Source: Nitrospirota bacterium
GTDB taxonomy: Bacteria; Nitrospirota; UBA9217
Reading direction: 5' to 3'
NCBI GenBank assembly: GCA_049793155.1
Contig: JBARBN010000053.1
Location: forward strand, 285-64,284
Length of the DNA stretch: 64,000 nt
Shown: piece after piece, positions 1 through 9,155 of the stretch
Position numbering within the stretch: position 1 is the stretch's first letter
How the letters are laid out: every line of letters starts with the position of its first letter
The notes under the pieces: model-generated
Told to the model about the DNA's origin: nothing
Databases searched by the model: none
Seen by the model: the letters and a program-made list of their open reading frames with translations, nothing else
Made by a program: the position numbers and the translations under genes

Positions 1-540
1 CGCTGCGATCACGAACTCACGTTCTTTGAGCGAAATGAACTCCGCGCGGATCAGCCGGGCCGGTTCCATCCAACTCGTGAGTCCGATCACGATCATAATA
101 TTTATGATGCTCGGCTCCAGGATGGCGATCACGGCCAGTACCAGGAATATCGTAGGGATGCTCAGCATGATATCAACGGCCCTCATGATCGCACTGTCGA
201 TGGTCCCGCCGTAGTAGCCTGCAATGGCCCCGAGAATAATTCCGATGATCGTGGCGATCCCGACCGCTACGAAACCAACCTCAAGTGAGATCCTTCCGCC
301 CCAGAGCAGACGCGAGAATACATCCCTGCCCAGATCGTCCGTTCCAAGGGGATGGGAACCGCTCGGGCCGACGAGGATGTTCTTGATGTCTATCGTGGAT
401 GGATTATAGGGTGCGACCAGCGGTGCGCAGATTGACAGGATGAAGACGAGCAGCACGAGCAGCCCGCCGATGACGGCGAACTTGTTCTTCATGAGATAAT
501 GAAGTGTTTGTGATGTAAAGGATTCGGTATTAATTGCCAT
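1..540 (-). CDS. ABC peptide/nickel-type transporter permease (DppC/OppC-like); C-terminal part lost at the window edge
   Basis: Reverse-strand translation from the ATG at 540-538 gives MAINTESFTSQTLHYLMKNKFAVIGGLLVLLVFILSICAPLVAPYNPS...HPLGTDDLGRDVFSRLLWGGRISLEVGF..., a typical OppC/DppC N-terminus. It lies 59 nt downstream of the DppB-like gene. It is absent from the ORF track because no stop lies inside the window. Confidence 0.75.
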   Translation of the reverse strand, partial: MAINTESFTSQTLHYLMKNKFAVIGGLLVLLVFILSICAPLVAPYNPSTIDIKNILVGPSGSHPLGTDDLGRDVFSRLLWGGRISLEVGFVAVGIATIIGIILGAIAGYYGGTIDSAIMRAVDIMLSIPTIFLVLAVIAILEPSIINIMIVIGLTSWMEPARLIRAEFISLKEREFVIAA

Positions 541-599
541 CTGCTGCCCCGCTTTGTTCCTATCGCAGGCTGAAGCCTGCGGCTACCACTGTGACCTTA

Positions 600-1571
600 C
601 TATCTCAATCTTACCCTCGGATCAGTAAATGCATAAGCGATGTCCGCCAGGAAGTTTCCGAGCAATGTCAGGAACGCCGCGGGCACCAGTATCCCCATGA
701 CGAGGTTATAGTCCCGCGACAAGACCGACTGGAACATGAGCTGACCCATGCCGGGAATGCCGAAGACCTGTTCAATGATCACACTGCCGCCGATAATGCC
801 CGGCAGTGAAAGTCCGAGGATGGTGATGACCGGCATCAGCGCATTCCTGAGCGCGTGTTTGTAAATGACCACTGCCTCGGAAAGCCCCTTGGCTCTGGCA
901 GTGCGAATGTAGTCTTGCCGCATGACCTCAAGCATGTTATTCCGGACATAACGCGAGAATCCGGCCAGACCGCCGAACGACAGCACGAAGACCGGCAGGA
1001 TAAGATGCCGGGACCTGTCCACGAGCCTGCCCCAGTCCGAGAGTCCCGTCACATCCAGGCTCTGGATGCCGGATATCGGAAGCACGCCCCACTGCACACC
1101 GAACAGATAGATGAGCAGAAGAGCCAGCCAGAACGAAGGCGTGGAAAAGCCTATGAAGACGAACATGGTCGTGAACCGGTCAAGGAGCGAGTATTGCCGA
1201 GTGGCGGACATAATTCCGATGGGCAGGGCGATCAAAAGGACCAGTCCGAGCGAGAGCAGGTTTATCGTGAGCGTGATCGGGAGGCGTTCAAGGATCTTGT
1301 CCTTGACCTTGCGGCCATCGGCAAAGGCCTCGCCGAAATCAAGCGTCACGAATTTAGTAAGCCACGTGGCGTATTGCTTGTAAAAGGGCTGGTCAGCTCC
1401 GTACAGCTTGCGGAGCCGCTCACGAGCTTCGGCGGACGCCTTTGCCGAAAACTCCATCTGCGCCTCGGCGGGACCGCCCGGGGCGAGTCGCATGACGCCA
1501 AAACTCAGCAGGGTGATGCCGAGGAGGATGGGGATCATCAGGAGCGCGCGTTTTATGACATAGAGGAGCAT
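600..1571 (-). CDS. ABC peptide/nickel-type transporter permease (DppB/OppB-like)
   Basis: 323-aa ORF. N-terminus MLLYVIKRALLMIPILLGITLLSF, EAA-loop region DYIRTARAKGLSE and about 6 hydrophobic segments. Confidence 0.85.
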   Translation of the reverse strand: MLLYVIKRALLMIPILLGITLLSFGVMRLAPGGPAEAQMEFSAKASAEARERLRKLYGADQPFYKQYATWLTKFVTLDFGEAFADGRKVKDKILERLPITLTINLLSLGLVLLIALPIGIMSATRQYSLLDRFTTMFVFIGFSTPSFWLALLLIYLFGVQWGVLPISGIQSLDVTGLSDWGRLVDRSRHLILPVFVLSFGGLAGFSRYVRNNMLEVMRQDYIRTARAKGLSEAVVIYKHALRNALMPVITILGLSLPGIIGGSVIIEQVFGIPGMGQLMFQSVLSRDYNLVMGILVPAAFLTLLGNFLADIAYAFTDPRVRLR

Positions 1572-1580
1572 CTGTTGGTT

Positions 1581-1847
1581 TTATTCCGTGACCTTGTATA
1601 CGAGATCGAAGGGCTTTGCATGCTGGGAAATCCTGATGCCGGTAAACTGACCGCGAATGGCCTTCTGGACCGGTTTGTGATCGAACTCAAGGACATCGAT
1701 CTTCTGAGTGAAGTCGGTGTCGCTTCCCTTGATATGAATGGTATCGCCGATTGCCAGGTCGCCAAAATCAAGCTTGACCGCCGCAAGGGAGGTCTTCTCG
1801 AAAAATCTTATCACTGATCCGATCCGCTCTTCCATGGGGGTAATCAT
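1581..1847 (-). CDS. small EF-Tu domain-2-like beta-barrel protein (translation elongation factor-like)
   Basis: 88-aa ORF 9 nt upstream of the permease gene. GDTIHIKGSDTDF...AIRGQFTGIRI resembles the EF-Tu domain II fold family. Function unknown. Confidence 0.45.
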   Translation of the reverse strand: MITPMEERIGSVIRFFEKTSLAAVKLDFGDLAIGDTIHIKGSDTDFTQKIDVLEFDHKPVQKAIRGQFTGIRISQHAKPFDLVYKVTE

Positions 1848-1992
1848 AGTATAAAACTCGCATCATTTCAAGGGAAAAGGGTAAGGAGTACAAAAGGAGG
1901 TCAGAATAAAGACATTCAGAAGACGGATGGACTCAACATTTTTAGTTCATTGCCTGCTTGCTGCCTCCCGTGGTCCCGACGGGACATAGCGC

Positions 1993-2021
1993 TTGACAAT
2001 GCGGAGGAGTGTGAGTATTAT
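1993..2021 (+). promoter_or_regulatory. sigma70-type promoter for the tRNA cluster (TTGACA-17-TATTAT)
   Basis: TTGACA at 1993-1998, a 17-nt spacer, and TATTAT at 2016-2021, about 40 nt upstream of tRNA-Pro. Confidence 0.55.
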
Positions 2022-2061
2022 ATGGCCTACCAGTCAGGGTATAAATGGAGCTTTTGTACCG

Positions 2062-2138
<77 letters not shown>

Positions 2139-2151
2139 GTTTGAAAAATTT

Positions 2152-2232
2152 GAAATTGAAGATTGGAAATTGTAAATTTTGAATTGTGCAGGAAGATCTA
2201 AAGTCGCAACTTTCCAATTTCCCATTTACAAT
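2152..2232. repeat. intergenic palindromic repeat, family E (ggaaattg/ttccaat units)
   Basis: gaaattgaagattggaaattgtaaat (2152-2177) faces ctttccaatttcccatttacaat (2210-2232). Related copies are at 48029-48130 and 59271-59393. Confidence 0.7.
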
Positions 2233-2245
2233 ACGCGAAGCGATT

Positions 2246-2322
2246 GCGCCTGTAGCTCAGATGGATAGAGCAACAGCCTTCTAAGCTGTGGGCCAGGGGT
2301 TCGATTCCCTTCAGGCGCACCA
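2246..2322 (+). tRNA. tRNA-Arg (anticodon TCT)
   Basis: Acceptor gcgcctg/caggcgc, anticodon stem acagc/gctgt, loop ct-TCT-aa, T-loop ggttcgattcc, encoded CCA. Confidence 0.9.
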
Positions 2323-2416
2323 ATAAAATAGTAAACGTGAGCAAGTGCGTGAAGGAAAATTGAGAAGGTCTCCTTTCAGGCCTGAATAGAATCAAATGCG
2401 GTATACGGATTGTTTG

Positions 2417-2445
2417 TTGACAAATCGAACGTGGCACTATAAAAT
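2417..2445 (+). promoter_or_regulatory. internal sigma70-type promoter (TTGACA-17-TAAAAT) upstream of tRNA-His
   Basis: TTGACA at 2417-2422, a 17-nt spacer, and TAAAAT at 2440-2445. Confidence 0.45.
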
Positions 2446-2488
2446 TAATCAGTTTCTCGATCCGCAATCCGTTTTCAAAAAATAACAT

Positions 2489-2565
2489 GGTGGGCGTAGC
2501 TCAGTTGGTAGAGCTCCAGGTTGTGGCCCTGGTGGCCGCGGGTTCAAGCCCCGTCGCTCACCCCA
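2489..2565 (+). tRNA. tRNA-His (anticodon GTG) with encoded G-1
   Basis: An extra 5-prime G pairs with C73. Anticodon stem ccagg/cctgg, loop tt-GTG-gc, T-loop ggttcaagcc, encoded CCA. Confidence 0.9.
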
Positions 2566-2575
2566 AATTTCGATC

Positions 2576-2612
2576 GTAGAGACGGTCACGTCGGCCGTCT
2601 CTACAGCTTTTA
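2576..2612 (+). terminator. hairpin (10-bp stem) plus a short T-run after tRNA-His
   Basis: gtagagacgg (2576-2585) pairs with ccgtctctac (2595-2604) and is followed by agctttta. It could be a terminator or an RNA-processing element inside the tRNA cluster. Confidence 0.35.
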
Positions 2613-2627
2613 TAAGGTGTTTTTGAC

Positions 2628-2704
<77 letters not shown>

Positions 2705-2783
2705 GAATCGCAATTCAAAGCAGCACCCGGCAAAGAGTGCGAACAAGAAACTATTTGCAATTTCCAATGAAGCGAAGCGACAA

Positions 2784-2860
2784 GCGCCTGTAGCTCAGCT
2801 GGATAGAGCGTTGGCCTCCGAAGCCAAAGGTCGTGGGTCCGACTCCCGCCAGGCGCACCA
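2784..2860 (+). tRNA. tRNA-Arg (anticodon CCG)
   Basis: Acceptor gcgcctg/caggcgc, anticodon stem ttggc/gccaa, loop ct-CCG-aa, encoded CCA. Confidence 0.9.
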
Positions 2861-2922
2861 TAAAAAATCAGTGCGTCAACGATCAACCCGTTCGAGATAC
2901 CTTTGAGAACCGCGACCTCTGT

Positions 2923-2948
2923 GTCATTCTGAGCAAAGCGAAGAATCC
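2923..2948. repeat. half-copy of intergenic repeat family A (gtcattctgagcaaagcgaagaatcc)
   Basis: It matches both arms of the inverted repeat at 63737-63846. It generates the spurious peptide ...ILRFAQNDT... in ORF 2449..2958. Confidence 0.7.
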
Positions 2949-3072
2949 TGGTTGTCAAATCTATCGAAAAACCCTTCTCGCTGCTCAGAGCGCTGCCTTG
3001 AGCCTGCCGAAGGGGTGATGCATCCGACTTTTTAGGCGCGCATCAATTTTTTACAGGCCGTTGAATTTTTTG

Positions 3073-3101
3073 TTGCATCAGGCGTTAAAGATAAGTATAA
3101 T
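3073..3101 (+). promoter_or_regulatory. sigma70-type promoter (TTGCAT-17-TATAAT) upstream of tRNA-Lys and tRNA-Leu (and possibly tig)
   Basis: TTGCAT at 3073-3078, a 17-nt spacer, and consensus TATAAT at 3096-3101, 36 nt before tRNA-Lys. Confidence 0.55.
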
Positions 3102-3136
3102 AACCGCTCTTTGTATCTGATACTCTCATCGCGTAT

Positions 3137-3212
<76 letters not shown>

Positions 3213-3293
3213 TATTAAAACTCAGGGAGCAGTGAGCAGCAGGCAGCGGGTCGTGATGGCTGCTTTACGTTCACTGCTTTCTTTGTTCCTGAA

Positions 3294-3376
3294 GCGAGAG
3301 TGGCGGAACTGGCAGACGCGCCAGACTTAGGATCTGGTGGGCGACCATGGGGGTTCAAGTCCCCCCTCTCGCACCA
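3294..3376 (+). tRNA. tRNA-Leu (anticodon TAG), class II with long variable arm
   Basis: Acceptor gcgagag/ctctcgc, anticodon stem ccaga/tctgg, loop ct-TAG-ga, long variable arm, encoded CCA. Confidence 0.9.
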
Positions 3377-3447
3377 ATCAGAGAAGAGCGGTTGATGATC
3401 AGTTGCGAATTAAATCTTCATTTTCTGAATCTCTTACAGGGGGAACA

Positions 3448-4728
3448 ATGAAAGCTGTCGTGGAAGAAATAAATTCGGTAAAGAAAAAGATCAATATCGA
3501 AATTGAGCCCGAGTCCGTGGCCAAGGAGATGAACAAGGCGATCAAGGACGTTGCTAAAAAGGCAAAGATACCCGGTTTCCGTCCCGGCAAGGCGCCGAAC
3601 AATGTAGTGGAAAAACACTATGGCGAAGAGGTCAGGTCCGAGGTAATGAACAGGCTCATCTCGGATTCGTATCTCATGGCGCTCCAGGAGAACAAGCTCA
3701 GCCCCGTGGATATGCCGAAGATCGAAAATATAACGACGCTTGCCAAGGGCTCCCCGCTGAGCTTTACCGCCATCGTGGAGGTGCGCCCGAGCATCACGCT
3801 CGGCACCTACGACGGGATCGAAGTGAAGGAACAGGACCTTGTGGTGACGGACCAGGAATTGAACCAGACGCTTGATCGTCTCCGGGAGATGTACGCGCAG
3901 CTTGAAGTTGTCGAGGGACAGGCACTTGCGAAGGACCATACGGCGATCATCGACTTCGAGGGGTTCCACGACGGAAAGACCATCGAAGGCGCCAAGGCTG
4001 CGGACCACGTGCTTGCCATGGGATCAGGCAATCTGATCCCGGGTTTCGAGGAGCAGCTTATCGGCATGAAGAAGGACGAGACACGTGAGATACAGGTCAC
4101 GTTCCCGGCGGATTATACCAATAAGGAGATAGCCGGGAAGGAAGCGCGCTTTACGGTGACGCTCAAAGAGATCAAGAAGAAGGTCCTCCCCGAGCTGAAT
4201 GATGAATTTGCGAAGGATACGGGGGGCAACAAGACGGTCGAAGAGTTGAAGGCGCGGATCAAGGAAGATCTCGAAGCGCGAAAGCGCGACGAGCAAGGGT
4301 CTGCCCAGCGCGAGGAATTGATGTCTAAATTGGTGGACGCTCATGAGTTCGAAGTGCCTCAGGGCATGGTGGAACATGAACTTCAGGCCATGGCGCGGCA
4401 GCAGGCCACCCGCTTTGCCCGGCAGGGCATGGACATCAAGTCCTTTGATGCAAAGAAGTTCATGGAGAAGAACCGGGACCTGGCCGTTAAGCGGGTCAAG
4501 GGGATCCTGCTGCTCGAAGAGATAGCCGAAAAAGAAAAGATCGAAGTTACCGACCAGGAATTTGCCGCATCCATCGCGGCGATGGCGAAGGAAGCGGGAC
4601 AGACCGCGGATGCGGTCAAAAAATATTACGAATCGAAGGATGGAGGTCTTGATAACCTGCGCGCCTCTCTGGTTCAGGAAAAGACATTCGGTCTCTTGAT
4701 TTCGCGTGCGAAGAAGGTTTATAATTAA
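3448..4728 (+). CDS. tig: trigger factor
   Basis: Ribosome-docking motif GFRPGKAP and a central FKBP-type PPIase region. The start is moved to the ATG at 3448 (MKAVVEEINS) because the upstream part of the tracked ORF overlaps tRNA-Leu. Confidence 0.95.
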   Translation: MKAVVEEINSVKKKINIEIEPESVAKEMNKAIKDVAKKAKIPGFRPGKAPNNVVEKHYGEEVRSEVMNRLISDSYLMALQENKLSPVDMPKIENITTLAKGSPLSFTAIVEVRPSITLGTYDGIEVKEQDLVVTDQELNQTLDRLREMYAQLEVVEGQALAKDHTAIIDFEGFHDGKTIEGAKAADHVLAMGSGNLIPGFEEQLIGMKKDETREIQVTFPADYTNKEIAGKEARFTVTLKEIKKKVLPELNDEFAKDTGGNKTVEELKARIKEDLEARKRDEQGSAQREELMSKLVDAHEFEVPQGMVEHELQAMARQQATRFARQGMDIKSFDAKKFMEKNRDLAVKRVKGILLLEEIAEKEKIEVTDQEFAASIAAMAKEAGQTADAVKKYYESKDGGLDNLRASLVQEKTFGLLISRAKKVYN

Positions 4729-4836
4729 CATCAGGAAGGATCAAAGAATTCAGGCTTAAGAGGGTATACAGTCACCGTGAGATCCAGGAGGTTGTTGCGG
4801 CCTCCGCTTTTCAGTGACAGTCCCGAAGGAGAATAC

Positions 4837-5442
4837 ATGTCATTGATCCCCATGGTAATAGAACAGACAAGCCGGGGCGAGCGGGCGTATGATATTTACT
4901 CCCGTTTGTTGAAGGACCGGATCATCTTCCTCGGCACGCCGATAGATGATATTGTGGCGAACACCGTGATCGCGCAGCTCCTCTTCCTTGAGGCCGATGA
5001 CCCGGACAAGGACATTTATATTTACATCAATTCGCCGGGAGGCATCGTGACCGCCGGGCTGGCGATCTATGACACCATGAATTACATCAAATCCCCGGTC
5101 TCGACCATTTGCATCGGCCAGGCCGCGAGCATGGGCGCTCTGCTGCTGGCATCGGGCGCCAAGGGCAAGCGATTCTCTCTGCCTCACGCCCGTATCATGA
5201 TACACCAGCCCATGGGCGGGTTCCAGGGCCAGGCCACGGACATCGAGATCCATGCCAAGGAAATGCTGAAGATGAAGGATACGCTGAACAGGATCCTGGC
5301 GAATCACACGGGGCAGCCGATCGAAAAGATCCATGAGGATACGGACCGGGACTATTTCATGTCCGGCGAAGACGCGAAGGCATATGGTCTTGTCGACGAG
5401 GTCATTGCCAAAAAGATGCCTCTGCTGGTGAAGGAGAAGTGA
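4837..5442 (+). CDS. clpP: ATP-dependent Clp protease proteolytic subunit
   Basis: [25 protein letters not shown]..., catalytic Ser in GQAASMGA and His in MIHQP. A GAAGGAG RBS precedes the ATG at 4837. Confidence 0.95.
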   Translation: MSLIPMVIEQTSRGERAYDIYSRLLKDRIIFLGTPIDDIVANTVIAQLLFLEADDPDKDIYIYINSPGGIVTAGLAIYDTMNYIKSPVSTICIGQAASMGALLLASGAKGKRFSLPHARIMIHQPMGGFQGQATDIEIHAKEMLKMKDTLNRILANHTGQPIEKIHEDTDRDYFMSGEDAKAYGLVDEVIAKKMPLLVKEK

Positions 5443-5446
5443 CCCT

Positions 5447-6691
5447 ATGACGGATAAGAAAGAACATACAACGACCCCGCTCAGGTGTTCGTTCTGCGGC
5501 AAGGGGCAGGAAGAAGTAAAAAAACTGATCGCGGGCCCGTCGGTTTTCATCTGTAACGAATGCGTGGACCTGTGCAACGAGATCATCGCCGAGGAATGGG
5601 AAGAGACCAAAGAAGCGAAGGTCCCGCGGCTTCCGAAACCGTCCGAGATCAAGCGAAGCCTCGATGAATATGTGATCGGGCAGGAGCGCGCCAAGAAGAT
5701 CCTGTCGGTGGCCGTGCATAACCATTACAAGCGCATCGGCGTGCAGCACGAGATCGGCGACGAGGTCGAACTCCAGAAAAGCAACATCCTGCTGATCGGT
5801 CCCACGGGCGTGGGTAAAACATTGCTTGCCCAGACCCTGGCGAGGATCCTCGACGTGCCCTTCACCATCGCCGATGCCACGACACTTACCGAGGCCGGGT
5901 ATGTGGGCGAGGATGTGGAGAATATCATCCTCAAACTGCTCCAGAACGCCAACTACGACGTGGAGCGGGCGCAGCGCGGCATTGTGTACATTGACGAGAT
6001 CGACAAGATCAGCCGCAAGTCCGAAAGCCCTTCGATCACCCGCGACGTCTCGGGCGAGGGTGTTCAGCAGGCGCTTCTCAAGCTCATCGAAGGTACGGTC
6101 GCCAGCGTTCCGCCGCAGGGAGGCCGGAAACATCCGCACCAGGAGTTCATCCAGGTGGACACCAAGAACATCCTGTTCGTATGCGGCGGGGCTTTCGTCG
6201 GCCTCGACACGATCATCGAGCAGCGCGTTGGCCAGAAGACCATGGGTTTCGGCGCCGATATCCAGAGCAAGAAAGAGCGGAAGTTCTCTGATACGCTCGC
6301 CAGCCTTCAGCCCGGGGACCTGCTCAAATACGGGCTCATCCCGGAGTTCATCGGCCGCATGCCGGTCGTGGCAACGCTCGAAGAGCTCGATGAACGTTCG
6401 TTGATCGACATCCTCACGCGTCCCAAGAACGCGCTCATAAAGCAGTATCAGAAGCTCCTTTCGCTCGAGGGCTGCAAGCTCCGTTTCACCGAAGGCGCGC
6501 TGACTGCCATTGCCAGAAAAGCGATCAGCCGCAAGACGGGCGCCCGGGGCCTTCGCGCCATCCTCGAGGACGTGATGCTGAACGTTATGTACGACGTCCC
6601 TTCCCAGCCCGGCATCCGCGAGTGCCTCATCAGCGAAGAGGTGATCACCGAAGGAGCGGAACCGCTGCTCATCTACGAGAAGATCGCGTAG
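5447..6691 (+). CDS. clpX: ATP-dependent Clp protease ATP-binding subunit ClpX
   Basis: N-terminal zinc finger CSFCGK...CNEC, Walker A GPTGVGKT and IGF-like loop. Canonical tig-clpP-clpX order. Confidence 0.97.
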   Translation: MTDKKEHTTTPLRCSFCGKGQEEVKKLIAGPSVFICNECVDLCNEIIAEEWEETKEAKVPRLPKPSEIKRSLDEYVIGQERAKKILSVAVHNHYKRIGVQHEIGDEVELQKSNILLIGPTGVGKTLLAQTLARILDVPFTIADATTLTEAGYVGEDVENIILKLLQNANYDVERAQRGIVYIDEIDKISRKSESPSITRDVSGEGVQQALLKLIEGTVASVPPQGGRKHPHQEFIQVDTKNILFVCGGAFVGLDTIIEQRVGQKTMGFGADIQSKKERKFSDTLASLQPGDLLKYGLIPEFIGRMPVVATLEELDERSLIDILTRPKNALIKQYQKLLSLEGCKLRFTEGALTAIARKAISRKTGARGLRAILEDVMLNVMYDVPSQPGIRECLISEEVITEGAEPLLIYEKIA

Positions 6692-6776
6692 CCAGAAGCA
6701 GGAGACAGGAGCCCGTATTCAGGGGTCAGAAGAAATAATTTATTCTCACTTCGGGCTCCCGGCTTCTGACCCCTGA
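6691..6776. repeat. intergenic hairpin repeat, family B (cagaagc/caggagc units)
   Basis: tcaggggtcagaag (6719-6732) pairs with cttctgacccctga (6763-6776), a 14-bp stem. Related elements are at 31699-31764 and 53134-53231. Confidence 0.7.
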
Positions 6777-6785
6777 TCTCTCATC

Positions 6786-7397
6786 ATGAAAATACTCTCA
6801 GCCGAATTCGTCATCAGCGCCGTCGGACCGAAGCAGTTCCCGCAGGACGGCAGACCCCAGATCGCCATTGCCGGCCGTTCGAATGTTGGAAAATCCTCGA
6901 TCATCAACTCGCTGCTTCACCGAAAGAACCTGGTAAAGACGAGCCAGACGCCCGGCAAGACCCAGCTTATCAACTTTTTCATCATCAATGGATCTTTCTA
7001 CTTTGTGGACCTGCCGGGATACGGCTATGCGCGCGTCCCCCATGCAGTGACCGATGCCTGGGCGCCGATGATCGAGGGTTATCTGAAAAACTCGCCGCGT
7101 CTGTCCGCGGTCGTCGTCCTGCTCGATTGCAGGAGAGAACCCGATGAGCGTGACGTTCAACTGATCGAATGGCTCCGGCAGTACGATATTCCTGTCATCT
7201 TCGCACTGACGAAGATCGATAAACTGAACCGGCAGGAGACCGAGCGGGCCCGACGGGGCATGAGCCTGGCACTCGGGACTGCCAATGAAATGATCCTCAC
7301 CTCTGCCAAAGGCGGGCAGGGTATCAAAGAGCTCTGGTCCGCAATAATAAAAAAATTAAAAGAGCCGGGAATCGGAACGCAGGGGTCAGAGGCGTAG
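6786..7397 (+). CDS. engB: ribosome-biogenesis GTPase EngB/YsxC
   Basis: G1 GRSNVGKSS, G3 DLPGYG, G4 TKIDK. The last roughly 10 residues (GIGTQGSEA) are encoded by sequence resembling repeat families B and C. Confidence 0.9.
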   Translation: MKILSAEFVISAVGPKQFPQDGRPQIAIAGRSNVGKSSIINSLLHRKNLVKTSQTPGKTQLINFFIINGSFYFVDLPGYGYARVPHAVTDAWAPMIEGYLKNSPRLSAVVVLLDCRREPDERDVQLIEWLRQYDIPVIFALTKIDKLNRQETERARRGMSLALGTANEMILTSAKGGQGIKELWSAIIKKLKEPGIGTQGSEA

Positions 7398-7667
7398 TGT
7401 TGATCGCCTTTTTCCCTTTTTTCTGATCTCGTTCTCCGTCTTCAGACTTCCCTCATTTCATTTGTGAATCCCTACAGCTTAATAAAGGTCGTCATTAGCA
7501 ACCGGAAACTTTTTTTCTGTTATACTAACAACAGAATCGTCTCTGAGAGTGCAGATGTGCGGATACGACGCTGAAATAAGTCTATAGTTGCAGTGCCGGA
7601 ATGGCAATAAAGTTATCGTTGGTTATGAAAGCTTAACGTGTACGCTTTATTAATGAAGGAGTCAGTG

Positions 7668-8393
7668 ATGCAAAAGGCATCTGTTTTATGCTTCACGCTG
7701 GCAATGTGTTTTTATTTTACCCATGCCTCCTTTGCTTATGAAACGATTCCTTTCAAAAATGGCGGAAACATCGAGGGCACGGTGGAGTTTGCCGGGGCAC
7801 AGGTACCAAGTGATCCCATTGTCTCACTTACCTCCGAGACGGAATTCTGTGGTAACAGCATGCCCGCCCAACAATACCTGATCAGGAATAGAAAGGTCCA
7901 GAATGTGATCCTTTTCCTGGATGGCATCAAGGCAGGAAAGGCGATTCCCCGGGAGGCGCTTACGGTGACGAGTCGAAAATGCGCATTCGTTCCTCATGTT
8001 GCGGCGGGATTCAAGGGAAATAAGATCATCTTGAAGACCGATGATCCGGTATTCCATGCCTTTGATATTCATGCTTCCATAAGCGGCAAGGAGATCTATC
8101 ACGTCGCTCTTCATGAAAAAGATTCCTCGGTGACAAAAACTCTTTCGAAGGACGGTCTTCTGGATCTCACGTGTTATACCCATCCCTGGCAGCATGCATA
8201 CGTCTATATTTTTGATCATCCGTATGTAGCGATTACAGATGAAAAGGGTGAATTTGTCATCAAAGACATTCTCCCGGGAACCTATACGGTCAAAGCCTGG
8301 CACGAAGCGCTGGAGATAACAGAGATCCGGGATATAAAAGTTGAAAGCGGGAAAACCAGCACCATTAAAGTCAAGTACAACAAGGAGCATTAA
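7668..8393 (+). CDS. secreted cupredoxin-domain protein, paralog 1 (Cys-His-Gln site), with a carboxypeptidase-regulatory-like C-terminal domain
   Basis: Signal peptide MQKASVLCFTLAMCFYFTHASFA. FVPHVAAGFKGNKIILKTDDPVFHAF fits the cupredoxin pattern F-x-P...N-x-D...H. Ligand loop TCYTHPWQH (C-x2-H-x2-Q). C-terminus EKGEFVIKDILPGTYTVKAW. A GAAGGAG RBS precedes the ATG at 7668. Confidence 0.7.
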   Translation: MQKASVLCFTLAMCFYFTHASFAYETIPFKNGGNIEGTVEFAGAQVPSDPIVSLTSETEFCGNSMPAQQYLIRNRKVQNVILFLDGIKAGKAIPREALTVTSRKCAFVPHVAAGFKGNKIILKTDDPVFHAFDIHASISGKEIYHVALHEKDSSVTKTLSKDGLLDLTCYTHPWQHAYVYIFDHPYVAITDEKGEFVIKDILPGTYTVKAWHEALEITEIRDIKVESGKTSTIKVKYNKEH

Positions 8394-8417
8394 TCTTTCT
8401 TACTGAGGAGGTTCGTG

Positions 8418-9131
8418 ATGAAAAGAAGCGTTATTTTTTTTAGTGTTTTGGCGGTACTGTTTTCTTTCTCTGCAGTTTCCTTTGCCTATGAAACGATCGA
8501 AGTGAAGAATGGGGGAAGCATCGAAGGCGTGGTCGAGTTTACAGGGGCAACGGTCCCGAAGGATCCCATGGTCACGCTGAGTTCCGAGGTAAAATACTGC
8601 GGCAAAACGCTCCCGGCGGAAAAGTATCTGATCAAGGATAAGATGATCGAAAACGTCGTTGTGTATTTGACGGATATCAAGTCCGGAAAGGCGATTCCCG
8701 GCGAGCCGGTCACCCTGACGAATATAAAATGTCTTTTTTCGCCTCATGTCGCCGTCGGCTTCAAGGGCGGCAAGATCATTCAGAAGAACGATGACCCCAT
8801 CTTTCACAATATCCATACGTATCTGAACGGCAAGACAATGTTCAATATAGGTCTTCCTGAAAAGGGATCTTCGGTGACGAAGCCATTGCTGAGGGACGGC
8901 CTCATGGAAGTGACGTGCGACAGCCATCCCTGGATGCATGGTTTTATCCAGATTCTGGACCATCCCTACGGAGTAGTCACCAATGCAAAAGGAGAATTTT
9001 CAATAAAAGACATCCCCGCCGGCACCTATACCGTTGAAGCCTGGCACGAGGCCCTGGGCAAGGTAAAAGTGGCAAATGTCAAAGTTGAAAGCGGTAAGGC
9101 CAGCAAGATCAAGCTCGAATACAAAAAATAA
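8418..9131 (+). CDS. secreted cupredoxin-domain protein, paralog 2 (amicyanin-like Cys-His-Met site)
   Basis: Colinear with the upstream gene. Roughly half the residues are identical by eye. NDDPIFHNIH plus TCDSHPWMHGF (C-x2-H-x2-M, compare amicyanin CTPHPFM). Signal peptide and a GAGGAGG RBS are present. Confidence 0.7.
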   Translation: MKRSVIFFSVLAVLFSFSAVSFAYETIEVKNGGSIEGVVEFTGATVPKDPMVTLSSEVKYCGKTLPAEKYLIKDKMIENVVVYLTDIKSGKAIPGEPVTLTNIKCLFSPHVAVGFKGGKIIQKNDDPIFHNIHTYLNGKTMFNIGLPEKGSSVTKPLLRDGLMEVTCDSHPWMHGFIQILDHPYGVVTNAKGEFSIKDIPAGTYTVEAWHEALGKVKVANVKVESGKASKIKLEYKK

Positions 9132-9155
9132 AACGCTGAAAAAGAGGAGGAGAAC

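Noticed and set aside
855-1817. 320-aa plus-strand ORF opposite the DppB-like permease
   Set aside because: Arg/Glu/His-rich low-complexity translation with no RBS. It fully shadows a well-supported membrane-protein gene on the other strand.
3418-6139. Several long minus-strand ORFs (3418..4008, 4024..4731, 4840..5694, 5402..6139)
   Set aside because: They are antisense shadows of tig, clpP and clpX. The sense genes carry unambiguous family motifs.
7398-7667. A sigma54-like or Fur-box-like site upstream of the cupredoxin operon (for example tggcaataaagttatc)
   Set aside because: The -12 element lacks the GC dinucleotide and I could find no convincing Fur or other operator consensus. Only a weak dyad (ttctgtt-N8-aacagaa) is present.
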